A stretch of 64,000 bases of DNA from Octopus bimaculoides (taxonomy: Eukaryota): positions 35,404,190 through 35,468,189 of the forward strand of contig NC_069001.1 of the NCBI RefSeq assembly GCF_001194135.2, written 5' to 3'. Shown here piece after piece: positions 26,134-40,480 of this stretch. Numbering within the stretch: the stretch's first letter is position 1; every line of letters begins with the position of its first letter. The position numbers and the translations under genes were made by a program. Below the pieces are notes generated by a model. It made no database searches, was not told where the DNA came from, and saw only the letters and a program-made list of their open reading frames with translations.

Positions 26134-26809
26134 ATTTTTGTCAATATTTGATTAGCTGTTGGTTTTCTATAAATTTTTTGGGAAATTTTATTTGTAATTT
26201 TTTTTTAGCGTGTGTATATATCAATGTTGGTTTATCTATATGTGTGTGTATGTATGTAGATATGCAAATTGATCTGTGTGTGTGTGTCGTTGTGTGTGCT
26301 GGAAACTTTTTTTTTTTTTCAGATTATTTTTTTTATTGTATTTTCTTCTCCGAACATAAGATAACAAAAACTTGTAAAAGATAAAAATAAAAAAAAAGTA
26401 AAAACAACAAGAATTTGGCAAGTTCCTAAAGTCTGACAAGTAGTGTATTCGGAAAAATTGGCAAGATGTTGCCAAGCAAGACAGATGGGGTGGGGGGTCG
26501 GGGACAGGTGGTGTTGTGGCGATGGTAGCGGTTGAACTGGAAAACAAACATCTCAACATTTTGGGAACTCTGTTCCAGAACGAAGTTGAGAATGTGGGGA
26601 AGGGTGGGGGAATTAAAGAGAAAAGACATGAATGTCTTAACTTTTATAATAATAATAATAATAATGATGATGATTATGATAATGAAAATAAAATGAAAAT
26701 AAGTAAGCAAAAAGGTAAAAAAAAAACCTACTTGATGTGAAATAAAGTTAGAGATGACATAAGATTAACAATAAAAGCAACATTTTAGTTTATTTAAAGA
26801 AGCTAAGCC

Positions 26810-26840
<31 letters not shown>

Positions 26841-27514
26841 TATTAGGAGATAGAGAGATGTAAATATATGTATATATAGGTACATAGATGGATACATAGA
26901 TAGATATGCACACACACATACATTCATACAAATGAACACGCACATATGTATATACATATACACCTGTGTTTCCTAATATTTAGCTCTCTTCAGTGCAATA
27001 TTGATTTCTGATGTTGGCACAAAACAACAAATTTTTGGTAGAAGAATTATTATATGTGTGTGTCTGGAGAGAGAGAGAGAGTAAGAGGTGGGGGTCAATT
27101 AAATTGAATTAACCCCCAATAGATGTGTGCCCGTATGAACCTGTGAATGTGTACGATATAACATCCGATGAGTTAGAATTCATTTTTCCATGTTAGTATG
27201 ACTTTGACAGGAATTGATACTGAAGCAAGATTTTATAGCTTCCTGCTCTTCTGGTCATCAACATCCGCCTGTTTTTCAGGAAAAAGATTATTATTCCATA
27301 CGTCGTCAAAAACGCTGAGTGACCAGTTGTATTAACGGTCACAGGCAATATAAACATCACTGCTGTTTCATGCAAACAAAACCTGTCAACTTCTGAGGTC
27401 CATAATATCAACGAGCTGGTCGGGTTCATTTTTAGTATTCTCGTTAGTGAGAGCAGTCGAGTTTATTTCAGATATTCTCATTCTAAAAATCATCTCTGAC
27501 TAATCATTGAGAGG

Positions 27515-27558
27515 ATGTTGGTGTTGCCTTGGCAGAGGTTTGCACTCTCCGAGTGTTC

Positions 27559-27562
<4 letters not shown>
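27515..27562 (+). mobile_element. Possible Helentron/Helitron-like non-autonomous element 3' terminus
   Basis: CCTTGGCAGAGGT subterminal motif followed by a CACTC-TCC-GAGTG hairpin and a T-rich end. I did not find the 5' partner motif. Confidence 0.35.
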
Positions 27563-27590
<28 letters not shown>

Positions 27591-27593
27591 TAA

Positions 27594-27811
27594 GGTGGCG
27601 AGTTGGCAGAATTGCTAGTACACCAGGCGAAATGTTAGTGGTGTTTCATCCATCGCTACATTCTGAGTTCAAATTCTGTCGAGGTTGACTTTGACTTTCA
27701 TCCTTTCAGGGTTGATAAATTAAGTACTAGTTGCATACTGGGATCAATGTAATCAACTAGTCCCCTCCCCCAAAACTTCAGGCATTGTGCCTATAATAGA
27801 AATGATTATCA

Positions 27812-27863
<52 letters not shown>

Positions 27864-27960
27864 CATGATCATCATCATCATCATAAAGTCAGTGAGTTGG
27901 CAGAATTGTTAGCATGCTGAATGACATTACCTCATCAGTGAAACAGATTTTTTCATTCTC
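27594..27960 (+). mobile_element. SINE-B full copy followed by (ATT)n and a second SINE-B head
   Basis: Heads at about 27594 and 27885 with (ATT)n before, between and around them. Confidence 0.8.
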
Positions 27961-29090
27961 GTTGAAATAGAGATGCGAGAGAATCCCAAGTAAGCATAAA
28001 AGAATGGAAACTGGTTGCTATAGTGACTGTTAGTAATTTTTTCTAGAGAATAATTGTTGATAAAAAATCATTCTTAAATTTATANNNNNNNNNNNNNNNN
28101 NNNNNNNNNNNNGGTAAGAAATACTTTTTTGTTTTTGTTTAAAAAAAAAAAAATCAAACAAAAAGCTCAAAAACAAAACACAAACAGAATAACGAAAGGT
28201 AATTAGTATTTTATATTTTTATATATGTTTACCTTTTTTTTTTAATTTTCGCGTAATTCTATAAAGTTAAGGTCATTGCTGTTTGCTCTATTTAGCTATT
28301 CGTGTTTTTATTTTCTGAGTTCAAATTCCGCCAAGGTCGACTTTGCCTTTCATCCTTTCGGGATCGATAAATTAAGTACCAGTTGCATACTGGGGTCGAT
28401 CTAATCGACTGGCCCCCTCCCCCAAAATTTCTGGCCTTGTGCCTAGAGTAGACACGAATAAATTGGTTGAGGCTTTGCAACAATTATTTCTGAAAATAAC
28501 CCTTTTGTTACCCAAAATACTTATAACCCGGTCCCTTTTCACTTGAAATCCTTCCTCTGTTTATGCTCTTCTGTTCATCCCCCTCTTTGCTTACATCTTT
28601 TTCTCTTTACCACTCCCTCTCTCCTTTTCTCTCTCTCTCTCTTTCTGTCTATCTCCCTTTTTCTCTTTCCCTTCTTCTTTCTCTGTCTGTGCCTCACCCT
28701 CTGGTTTTCACCTTCATTCATCCTGTTTCTGACCCTAGAAATTCCTCTTGCCTGCATTTCTGCCTTCTCCTCATCCTCTCTATCTCTATCTCTCTCTCTC
28801 TCTCTCACGCACACACACACACAGACGCACACACACACACGCGCGCGCGTGCATACAGAAGCTTGCACACAGAGGTTTACACACACACACATACAAACAA
28901 ACCAACACATGAACATGCTTACATACACACACAGCCCTACACAAATAGTCCTGCACCCATATATACACACACACACACATGCATACAAGGGCTTACACAC
29001 TCATAGAAGACCACATGCATGCACACTCTTACATGCAACAGACTACAAACACATACACTCACACAGGGGTCTACACACACTCATAGAGGC

Positions 29091-29128
<38 letters not shown>

Positions 29129-29219
29129 ATACAAGGGGTCACACACACTCGCAGAGGCCTATGGACATACACACTCATACAATGGACTACAAATACACAC
29201 ACACACTCACACACACACT

Positions 29220-29250
<31 letters not shown>

Positions 29251-29259
29251 TGAGTCGTA

Positions 29260-29520
29260 ATTACATCAGACCCTTTTGAAATCTCATTTCTAATTGACAA
29301 GTGTCAGCAGGACCACTCCTTGACTCTTCTTAGGACTACTGCCATGATTGGCTAACGGTGTCACTGACCCTGACACCTTACCCTGACACCCAGATATCCG
29401 TCCATCCAACCAATCAGGCCAGGGTAGGCAGAGGTGCGTCGGGAAGCAGCTGAGTGGTCAGAATTGGGTGCTAAATTCAATGACCAGCCCTGCATCAATC
29501 CATGCAATGCACTCCCCCAC
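29260..29520. promoter_or_regulatory. Unique GC-elevated island with two opposed CCAAT boxes (candidate promoter or enhancer)
   Basis: ATTGG at 29347-29351 (TGATTGGCT) and CCAAT at 29410-29414 (AACCAATCAG), in non-repetitive sequence between CA and CT microsatellite blocks. Confidence 0.25.
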
Positions 29521-29701
29521 CCCCCCNNNNNNNNNNNNNNNNNNNNNNNNNNNNNNNNNNNNNNNNNNNNNNNNNNNNNNNNNNNNNNNNNNNNNNNNNN
29601 NNNNNNNNNNNNNNNNNNNNNNNNNNNNNNNNNNNNNNNNNNNNNNNNNNNNNNNNNNNNNNNNNNNNNNNNNNNNNNNNNNNNNNNNNNNNNNNNNNNN
29701 N

Positions 29702-29737
<36 letters not shown>

Positions 29738-31545
29738 CTGCTCTCTTTCTCTATCACTTTCTACTCCTCTCTCTCCCTCTCCCTCTCCCTCTCTCTCTCT
29801 CTCTTTCTCTCTCCCCCTCTCTCTCTCTCTCCCCTCCTCTCTCTCTCTCTCTCTTCTCTCTCTCTCCTTCAGACATGGCAACTAATTAACATCTAAGCAG
29901 TTACAGAGTTACAGTTACAACAGACCTGTCACAGAGAGAGGTAGGGTAAGATTGAAAGATGGGGGTGAGATGTCAAGAAAGGGACAAGGGATAAGAGGGG
30001 GAAGACAGAGAGAGGAGGAATGGGTGAGGGAGTGGAAGGAAAAGAGAGGATGAAAGGGGAAAGAGCAAGGGAGAAAGAGGGGTGAGATGAGGAAGAAAGA
30101 GAGGGAGGAGGAGAGAGAAAAAGAGAGAGGAAGTGATAGAGAGACAGAGAGGGACAGGGTATGAGAAAAAAAGTAAGAGAGAAAGAAGGACAAGAAGGAA
30201 AATAGAGAAAGAGAGAGAGAGGGGGGGGGCTAATAAGAATTATTAATTGATGTTTATCAAAGATCCTATAAACTTGACAGATAAATTAATCTCCCTTGGT
30301 TATCCCCCACCCATCCACACACATACACATACCTTCATCCCCTCTTAATCATGGTAAGCAAACCACACGTGGAAGCCTTTATGTGGTCGTTCACCTTGCT
30401 AGAAATAACAGCCAAATCTTTTTCAAATCATACCCTGTTGGTTAAAAAAACAAAAACCCAAAAGACATACCAAATAAAATGCTTCTGAGTAGCCAGTGCT
30501 TGCATGAAAGAAAACACAAACAAACGGGATGGCCACAGCAGGAATGTACTTCACCGAAGGTCTGTGACCTGGGGTTGAACAGCAATAGCATGTTGCACAA
30601 CATAAAGCTAGCCATGTGGTTCATTCGTTCGTTAATCTAAGTTCGTTTCTTTAATTTGATGTCACTCAGCATCGAAATATGGTTGTATGATGTATGTAAA
30701 TGTCATGAGGTGGTGATTGCAACATCGTTATGATGTCTTCCTCTTGGTTAATTAGCAAGTTGTAATTAAGGGCTTGGTCAAATAATTTTCTGCATTTGTG
30801 GTTAATATTTAAGAATGTGGAGTGGGGTGGGGGTCTTCTACATTTCATCTTCTTTTTCTCTTTCTCTCGCTGGTCGTTGTCAGCATCATCATCCTCATTG
30901 TCATCATTTGATTGTCATCATGATTCTAATCCTTAATAATGATCATCATTGTAATCCTTAGTCATCATCATCATCATCACCATCATCATCATCACCATCA
31001 TCATATCATTTTAATCATCATCATCATAACCATCATTATCATAACCATCATCATCATCATCATCATCCCAATCATGATCACCATCATTATCGTTACCATC
31101 AACATCAATCATCATCATTATCGTCATCATCTTTATCAGTTATTTTCATCATCATCACCAACCTCATCACCATCATCATCATTGTCATCAACATTGTTAT
31201 CGCCATCTGTTATTATCATCAACATGGGTCACCACCACCACTACCACCACCGGTTATCATTTCATTACGCTCATAATAATCCACGTGGCCATCACCCTAG
31301 ATGGCATGGAGACATTCCAGTCTTAATGAGCACAGCAGCTTCCCTGTCAGAAATGGTTTGATTCTAGGCAGGGGACCCGGTCTTGGACAAAGGAATTACA
31401 ACTTAATGTAATTACATGTGTATTACACACGTGTGTGTGTGTGTGTGTCTGTGTGTGTGGTAGATGTCCGTTGTTGCCAAGTCATTAACAGGAACACCAA
31501 GCCCTGGCGCTTTCTATGTGTATGACAAGTTGTTGTTGCTATAGT

Positions 31546-31761
31546 TTAACCATTTAGCATTTAAGCTGGCCATTCCTGGTTCAAGAATTCTATTTGTTTT
31601 ATGTTAAAACCGAGCAGGTCCTGCTTCTCACACCTACCCTACAATATCATATATACAATCTCATCACTGGAATCTCAAAGTTACAAGATAATTCATGATT
31701 ATTTCAAAATGAGGTGAATAAATAAGGATTTGACAGAGTAATCTGAACGCTGAAGGGTGAA
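31546..31761. mobile_element. piggyBac-like MITE family 2
   Basis: TTAA-CCATTTAGCAT ... GCTGAAGGG-TGAA. Internal homology to 3192-3367 and 57790-58185. Confidence 0.65.
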
Positions 31762-34700
31762 CCCACATGTCAGCCCAATTGAGCAGATCTGTGATCAAAG
31801 ACATTCCATTCATGACCACCTCACCTTTTTATTTAGATATCCATAGGACCTTCTCTCTTCATTTGCAAATATATACAGACATCAGTCATGGGGAATCTCC
31901 ATGCCAAAATCTGAAGATTCGGGGGCTTTTCTTAAAAATGGTTCTGCTGTAACTTTCATGATTCTTTCTGCTGGTTTATTTATAATTGATTCTGCTAGTC
32001 TCATGCTGACTTGAGCTTACCCATGGGACATAGGAGCTTATTTTGTAAGACTAAAGATCCCCTTCAGTCATGAATGGCCTTGGGATTGCACCTAGTCCAG
32101 GCAAAGTTGTTGAGACCAGCAGTCACCCATGCATAACCAGCCTTCCTTCTCCATGCCACTGATATCATCCAGGGGAAAGGAAAAGGCCGATACAGCTTGG
32201 TACCAGTGACGTCACAACTCATTTCTCCAGCTGAGTGAACTGAAGCAATGTGAATTAAAGTGTCTTGCTCAAGAACACAACACACAGCCTGGTCTGTAAC
32301 TTAGTTGTCATTAAGCTGGTGTTAGGAACATAAATTGTGACTAAGGTTTGGTGGAAGGTTTTTAATTCAAAACTTCTGCAAACAAGTCATTTGTCCTGCA
32401 GAGCCAGAGACAGTTTCAGCCAGGTCGGTTTCAAAAGGGTTAAAACCTGTTTTCCATGCTGGCATGGTTGGGTGGTCTCACAGGTACTGGCAAGTCAGAA
32501 GGCTGTGCCAATCCCTGCTGTCTACTTTGGCATGGTTTCTACAGCTTGATGTCCTCCCTAATGCCAACCACTCTACAGAGTGCACTGGGTGCTTTTAATA
32601 TAGCACCAGTCGCAGAAAGGTTACCAAATAATTTTACAAGACAGGGCCTCCAGTGCATCGTTTTATTCATGGGGTTTATAATACTGTTAATGTGACCCTT
32701 TCTTCTTGATTGCAATTTCTACACAAGGAAGTCATAAGGTCTTTTAATTCTCACATAATATTTTCTTACCGGGTCATCTAGCAAGGTTGATGCCGTCCTG
32801 GGTCAGAGTTTGATGTCGCATGAATAATAAAAAAATTGAATAAGGAAATATAAATAAATAAATTTAGAAAAAAAAATGTTGCCAACATGTCGGCCAAAAT
32901 GTCTGCTGTCTTGACCCAACAACATAGGAATTGTTTTATTTCAAATTCAAATTTTAAAATTCCAGAATTAAAAGAAGAAAAAAAAAACAAATAAACAAAT
33001 AACAATTTCCAATATGGAGAAAGAAGTAGCAAAGGAAATATATAGCTTTTGATTAGTCTCTTGGTTTCAACATTAATTTTAGAATATTCTTCAAAATTAT
33101 TCTTGCACAAATTTTTTTCATCCAACTATTATTTGTTCATTTTTGTTTTTTTATTTCGTAATATTTAGTCTGAAGTTATTGATTTTTGTTTTTTTTTTTC
33201 ATATATCTTTCATTGGTTTTGTACTTTTTAAATTTTTATTTATTAATATTATTATTTCTTTTTGTTCTTTCTTCGCGATGACATGTCTCACTTTGTCTTG
33301 TAATTTGTACATTTGGTATCTTCCCCGCCACACGGAATTCTATAGAAATTTGATTTTTCTTTTTTTGTTGTTGTTGCAGTTTTCATTACAACGTTACCAC
33401 AGAACATTTATCCGACAAAAAAAATCTTTATGCTTCTGTTGAATCTTATACATGCTAAATAATGTTACAGACCGTGCATGTGTGTTTGTTTTGATTGATG
33501 GCTAGGTCAATATAGAACAGATACAGAAGTACCAAAGTTGGTAGGTCGGTGGATAGGTAAGTAGGTTGACAGAGATCAATAGATTGATTAGTAGATAGGG
33601 AAGTAGAGAGTAGAAGATAAACAGACAGATAGATGGATGGATGGATGGATAGATAGATACATACATACATACATACATACATGCATGCATGGGTAGATAG
33701 GTAGATCAATAGGTAGATAGATAGATACGTACATACATACATATATACATGCATAGATTTATAGATAGATAGAGAGAGAGAGAGAGAGAGTCATATAAAT
33801 AAATAGATAGATAGTATGGTATATAGATAGATGATAGTAGGGTGGGTAGGTAAGTAGAGAAAGTAGTCTAGTTTTTACAATATGCTTAATTCTGTCTGTG
33901 TTTGCATTTCACGTGTGTACTGAAAATCTATATAATCAATAGGGTACAGTAAGTATTCTTTCTGATAAAACTAATAGATTGATAGAACTAAATGAATGTT
34001 ATTAGCATCTTAAGACATGAAGGATTTAGTTTAGCTGGAGGAAATAACTGTCTACTTACATATGTATGTATGTATGTATATATATATATATATATATATT
34101 ACAAGAAATTGTTTCCCTCTTTTTACCACACATCAGTAACATAGTATAGACACACACATATATACACACATGAGTTTAAACGAATACGCACTTACACACA
34201 GATGTGTTTGTGTGCATCATCAACATCATCATCATAATTTTAATATTCATTTTTTTTTTTCCATGCTTGTATATCTCAAACCAAATTCGTCCAGGCAGAT
34301 TTGTCTCTGGCCGGATGCTCTTCCTGTCACCAACCCTTACCTACTTCCAAGCAAAGTAATATTTCCCTGCAAGTCTTCTTTCCCACTTCTCACATTTTAA
34401 ATTCACTTGCAAGTTTTTAGTCAGCATGGAACTGTGCACCAAAAGACACTTGCCCAAGGTGATCCACAGGGGAATTGAACCGAAATCTAGGTTGCAATGT
34501 GCACTTCTTTACCGCACAAGTTCTGACAGCAACACTCACAATGGCACTGGTGCCAAGCTGTGTTAGCCCAATTTTGGCAGCCTACCTTTTGGTAAAACAC
34601 CTGTGGAATGGAGAGAGGAGTTAACACACTTCGGCAATTGTCAGACTTCCTCAAAAATTCTTATCTATGCATCTACATACATGTGTAGATAAATGACTGA

Positions 34701-34808
34701 CCCACCTTCACCAACATAGGCCCTATATATTGTTAGAAAAAAAGCTGGATGGATTTATATATACACACTTATATACAAAATAAATATATTATGATATATA
34801 TATATATA

Positions 34809-35597
34809 TCATCATCATCGTTTAACGTCCGCTTTCCATGCTAGCATGGGTTGGACGATTTGACTGAGGACTGGTGAAACCGGATGGCAACACCAGGCTC
34901 CAGTCTGATTTGGCAGAGTTTCTACAGCTGGATGCCCTTCCTAACGCCAACCACTCAGAGAGTGTAGTGGGTGCTTTTACGTGTCACCCGCACGAAAACG
35001 GCCACGCTCGAAATGGTGTCTTTTATGTGCCACCCGCACAAGCCAGTCCAGGGGCACTGGCAACGATCTTACTTGGCTTGCCGGGTCTTCTCACGCACAG
35101 CCCATTTCCAAAGGTCTCGGTCCGTAGTCATCGCCTCGGTGAGGCCCAATGTACGAAGGTCTTGCCTCACCACCTCAGCCCAGGTCTTCCTGGGCCTACC
35201 TCTTCCACGGGTTCCCTCAACTGTTAGGGTGTGGCACTTTTTCACGCAGCTANNNNNNNNNNAATGGTGCATCTCATGTGCCACCCGCACAAGAACCAGT
35301 CCAGGGGCACTGGCAACGATCTTACTTGGCTTGCCGGGTCTTCTCACGCACAGCCCATTTCCAAAGGTCTCGGTCCGTAGTCATCGCCTCGGTGAGGCCC
35401 AATGTACGAAGGTCTTGCCTCACCACCTCAGCCCAGGTCTTCCTGGGCCTACCTCTTCCACGGGTTCCCTCAACTGTTAGGGTGTGGCACTTTTTCACGC
35501 AGCTATCCTCCTCCATTCTCACCACATGTCCATACCAGCGCAATCGTCTCTCTTGCACGCCACAACTGATGCTTCTAATGTTCAGCTTTTCTCTCAA
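34809..35597 (-). mobile_element. Young 5'-truncated RTE-clade LINE (ORF2 C-terminus, 3' UTR and (GAT)n tail)
   Basis: LREKLNIRSISCGVQERRLRWYGHVVRMEEDSCVKKCHTLTVEGTRGRGRPRKTWAEVVRQDLRTLGL...* has the RLRWxGHV / GRPRKTW motifs typical of RTE. 3' UTR copies recur at 2335, 23650, 24300, 32455 and 62240. Confidence 0.9.
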
Positions 35598-36307
35598 GAT
35601 ATCATGTATTATTTGATAAACACAATATATGCTTTTATGTGCCCACATGGGCGATGTCTGATGCTTATGCTGGGACACCAGACATGTTAATAAATACAGT
35701 TTGGCTTGTTCTCAGCACATGAAACTAATAGTAGCACATCAAAACATATACTGTGTTTACTAAATAACATTTATCTTTCACCAGATGGAGTACTTTTTCT
35801 GTTGATCTTACCATCACGAATCAGTAAACTATATATATATATATATATATATAATAACATGCATTTCGAAGCTTCTATAAGGTTGTCAACTACCATATGC
35901 CATCATTCAGCAGGATTACTTCTTTTACTGGATAAACATGTGGAAATCCATCAGTGTATACAAAATTCATGCTAAAAGAATTTGTAATACAGTAAGGTGG
36001 AATGAAGAATCTTTAATCACAAATCACAACTATTGTTTCTGTGCTTTAATAACAGCTGTTGGTGAGTTTTACATATTATTATATAAGTATCATATCGTAT
36101 CCAACAGATTCATTTTGGCATTGATACACACGCACGCACGCACACACACATACATTTAAGATTTTACTTGGTTTTTATATTTTAAGAATGTTCAAACTCT
36201 GATGGCATATTTAAATAGCTTGCATTTGTTTTGTACAGAAAACCATGCACCAACCTTAGATTTGCTTTGAATACTGGCTTAAAAGCACTGTTTACTAAAT
36301 ATAATAG

Positions 36308-36341
<34 letters not shown>

Positions 36342-36759
36342 TCTATAATTCTTAGTGAAAATATATTTGATAGGTTTATCTCTATAATCTCTTTTATTCT
36401 CCAGTATTACATGCAGTCTGTATTATCGCTTGTTTTATGTCTACTATTTATTTATTTATCTTTACAGTTATGTCTGTTAAACATTATTTCTAGCATTATT
36501 TCCATATTTATTTCCTCCATTAATCTCTAGTATTAATTGCACAAACTTCCCGTACATTTTTAGAAAGAAACCTTGTGGTTTTATTGAACATAAGTAAACG
36601 CATGTACATACATGTACATCTCATGATGCACACATACAGACACACACAGACACACATACACACAAGTGTGTATGTGTGTACATTTATATACACATATATC
36701 AATATTTGCTTATATGTCAAGTTCTATATAAAAGCAATTTAATATTATATTGAAAGAAG

Positions 36760-37085
36760 GCAGCAAACTGGCAGAACCAGTAGCACGCTGGGCGAAATGC
36801 TTAGCAGTATTTCGTCTGTCTTTACGTTCTGAGTTCAAATTCCGCCAAGGTCAACTTTGCCTTTCATCTTTTCAGGGTCAATAAATTAAGTACTAGTTGC
36901 AATCTAATTGATTGCCCCCCTTCCCCCAAAATTTGGGCCATGTGTTTAGAGTAGAAAAGAATATTATATTGAAGGGTTAGACCACAAGCTGGCAGAATTG
37001 TTAGCACACCGGCCGAAATGCTTAGTGGTGTTTGATCCATCTTTATGCTCTGAGTTCAAATTCCATCGAGGTCAACTTTGCCTTT
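36760..37085 (+). mobile_element. Two head-to-tail SINE-B copies
   Basis: Heads at about 36760 and 36975. Confidence 0.8.
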
Positions 37086-38325
37086 TTATTTCAAGAAGAG
37101 TTTCTCATTTTTGTCTTTGGAATTAATTAGACTCCGAAACAATTTGTAGAATTTATATTAGTTCTGTACCAACCTGGATTATGAATTAAAGATCGGCTAC
37201 ACCTACAACAATTTTTCCTTTCCTTATCCTTCATTTTTATATATATATATATATATATATTTATATTTTGTTATGGTTATCAATTTGTGTTCCTATTTTA
37301 TATAAACCTTCTTTTCCTTCAAATATTCACTGTCTTATGTTGTTCTACAGTAAAGACAATGACAAGAAAAATGAAAGCCATTTCATCTTTTTTATTTTTT
37401 GAATTACAAAACCCAAACAGAAGACAACAAGGAAGGAAAAAAAAAAACAGTTACACGTTTAATCTTTTTTCTCTTTCATTTATTTACATATATATATTTT
37501 TTTTTTTTCCTACATTTCATATCACATTACATACAACCAGAGAAATAATTATTTTACCTAAATATGAAAACATAATTCTAATTAATATTAAAATTTAATA
37601 TTCAATTATCCAACAGAGGAATCCTCCTCATGTAGAATTAACAAACAAGCCGTAACGATAATGGGTTTTCCAACAGGAGTTCATGCATGTATAATAACCT
37701 TGATTTTCACAAGCTTAGCTACCGGCATTTTCAGAGGGTTTCATACATTTTTTTTCTTTTTCCCATCTGCCATCAAACTAAAAGACTTGCTTGTAAATTT
37801 AACAAGATTCCTTCTATTCAGTTGGTAATCAATAAATAGCCAAGCTATAGACAATAGAAACAAGGTTTGTGGTGATTGTGGTGGTGGTGGTGGTGGTGGT
37901 GGATTTACTTTTAGTCTTAACAATCAATATTTTTTCATTGTAGTAATAAATATTTGAAGACGGAACCTGTTGTTCCTTGTGAGGCAATATCTTATTTGTT
38001 ATTATTGTCCTTGTTGTCATCGGTGGTGGTGGTGGTGGTGGTGATTGTAAAATGATGGCGGTGATGGTGACGGTGATGTGTCTTGGTAGAGGTGACAGTG
38101 ACAGTAACAATGATGACAGTGGCGGTGGTGGTGACGTTGGTGGTGGGTTGCGGTGATAGTGGTAGAATTAAACAAACAAACAAACAAACAAAAATACAGA
38201 TAAACAAACATAAACATAGTCACATACAATATTCAGGATGTGACCCTGGGCACCATATAAGAAAGAACAGCTCCATTCCTGCTGCTACTAACACAACATA
38301 CCTTTTTTTTATTATCATTATTATT

Positions 38326-38356
<31 letters not shown>

Positions 38357-38398
38357 TCATTGTTATTACTATTATTATTATTTCTACTACTACTACTG

Positions 38399-38443
<45 letters not shown>

Positions 38444-40129
38444 CAAATAATTAATCAAACCCCAGTATTCTTTTATTTAACATAAAAATGAGAGAGAGAG
38501 AGAGAGATTGCCAGTTATTCAAATTATTTCCTTTTCTCTTTTTGTTTATTTTCTTGTTTTCCATTTTTTTCCTCTCCCCATCTTTTTATTTTTATTTAAT
38601 TTTTTTTTTAACCTTGTTTTATTTTATTCCACTCATATTTCAGTGCTAGTCATTTTCTTTCTTTCTTTCTTTCATTTTTCTTTCCTTTTTTTCTTTTTTC
38701 TTTTTACCTTTCTGTACGTGGTTATTGCGAAGAATTATGCTTCCCTCTAGGCTGAGTTAATTAAACAAACAATATTTCTGTGTTCTTCAATGATAATACA
38801 ATGTCACACGAGAGTTGGTGAAACAGAACAAAAAAAAAAAAGCCAAAAAAAAATAACCAGCACAAAATGAAACAAAACAAACACTAAAAAAATGAATAAA
38901 TATAAAAATTAACTGTGTCATTCTCTGCTAATGTTTATATATTGAACGAGGTTTTTGACTATAATGGAAAAAAAGCTTTTTCCTTGTTTAATTGCTTCTG
39001 TACTATGATATGAAACATGATGTATGATATAACAGATATAACATAATATTGTTTGGTTGATTATATTCACAATAACGTAAAGGATGACATGAATTCATTC
39101 GTTTTTCGTCCGTTTTCTCCATCCTAGCATGGGTTAGAGGAACGATGTATTGCTGAGACATTCTGTTACAGTTGGATGCTCTTCCTGTTGTTTGTGCTTG
39201 CCTGTTTTTTCAAGTATATTTTCAATATAAAAAGCTTGCTTCTCAACCACATGGTTCTGGGCTCAGTCCTACTGCGTTGCACCTTCAGCAAGTATCTTGA
39301 TTGTAGAATTGATACATCATATCCCTACATAACCTAAGAGACAACAGAAAGGGGTTAGCAGTACAAAGGGTTTTCTATTGTAAAATACATCGGAAAACAT
39401 CTCAAATCTATAACAGTGGACAAAAACAGGTATTATTATTGTTATTATTATTATTATTGAGAGAGCAGTGCATGCCACCAAAGTGACACTGGGGTAAAAT
39501 TAACGAAGCCCAATATACTCACCATGACTACCCATCTGTTAAGGGTACACCAGGCACATGCATCACAACCATAGTATTATTATTATTATTAATATTATTA
39601 TTATTGAAAAGGCAGCGAGCTGGCAGAATCGTTAGCATGCCAAGCAAAATACTTTGTGGCATTTTGCCCATCTTCACATTCTGAGTTCAAATTTTGCCGA
39701 GGTCGACTTTGCCTTTCATCCTTTCAGGGTCAATGTAATCAACTAGCCCTCTCCCCAAAATTTCAAGCCTTGTGCCTATAGTAGAAAGGATTATCATCAT
39801 TATTATTGAGGGAGAGAGAAGTGCATGGCATAAAAGTGACACTGCGGTACAAACATACGAAGTCCAATACACCCATCATGACTACCCCTCGGGAGCATAG
39901 TAGGAAACACATCCCCAATTTGCCATGGAATGGGATTGAACCTGAAACCATTTAGTTGGGAAGCAAGCTTCTTACCATGCAGCCATGCCTGGTTCTAATG
40001 CAGGAATAATTCAAAACATTTTGAATAAATAAGCATTAAATTTGACAGAGTAATCTGAAATCTAAAAGGTTAAACTGCAAACAGCAAACCCATCGAAGAC
40101 CTGCTGTCTCTAAGTGCAAGGTGAAAAAT

Positions 40130-40480
40130 AGAAGAATTCTGCATCTATTGTTTTGGTACTTCTTCTAAAATTAATTTTGGTTCTAGCAGACAGGAAAGAT
40201 ATAGAAATAAAGAAAAAGAAAAGAAGAAATAAAGCAAAAAATAGTTGTCTGTTATAAATAGCGAAGAAGTCTGCTATGAATGATTTCCTGTTAGCATTGA
40301 ACTGCATTGCTTCTCAATCATAAATAAGTTGTAGAAATAGAATTCAAGCTGGTTTTGGTTCTGTGTTCGCTGACCAACTGACCTCACCAAGATTGTTATT
40401 TGGATGTTTGGAGAGTTCCGACTGGAAGGAGACAAAGGCACATCTGACTCTGGGAAGCGAAAACAGGATTGGGTCACCAG
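40130..40480 (+). repeat. ~350-bp segment duplicated at 42900-43250 (direct orientation, moderately diverged)
   Basis: Shared gttgtctgttataaata...gatttcctgttagcattgaactgcattgc...ggaaggagacaaagg.acatctgactct...gattgggtcacc. Confidence 0.85.

Noticed and set aside
35012-35494. Apparent tandem duplication within the RTE LINE
   Set aside because: The two ~240-bp copies flank a 10-N gap (35253-35262). Most likely overlapping contig ends or haplotypes.
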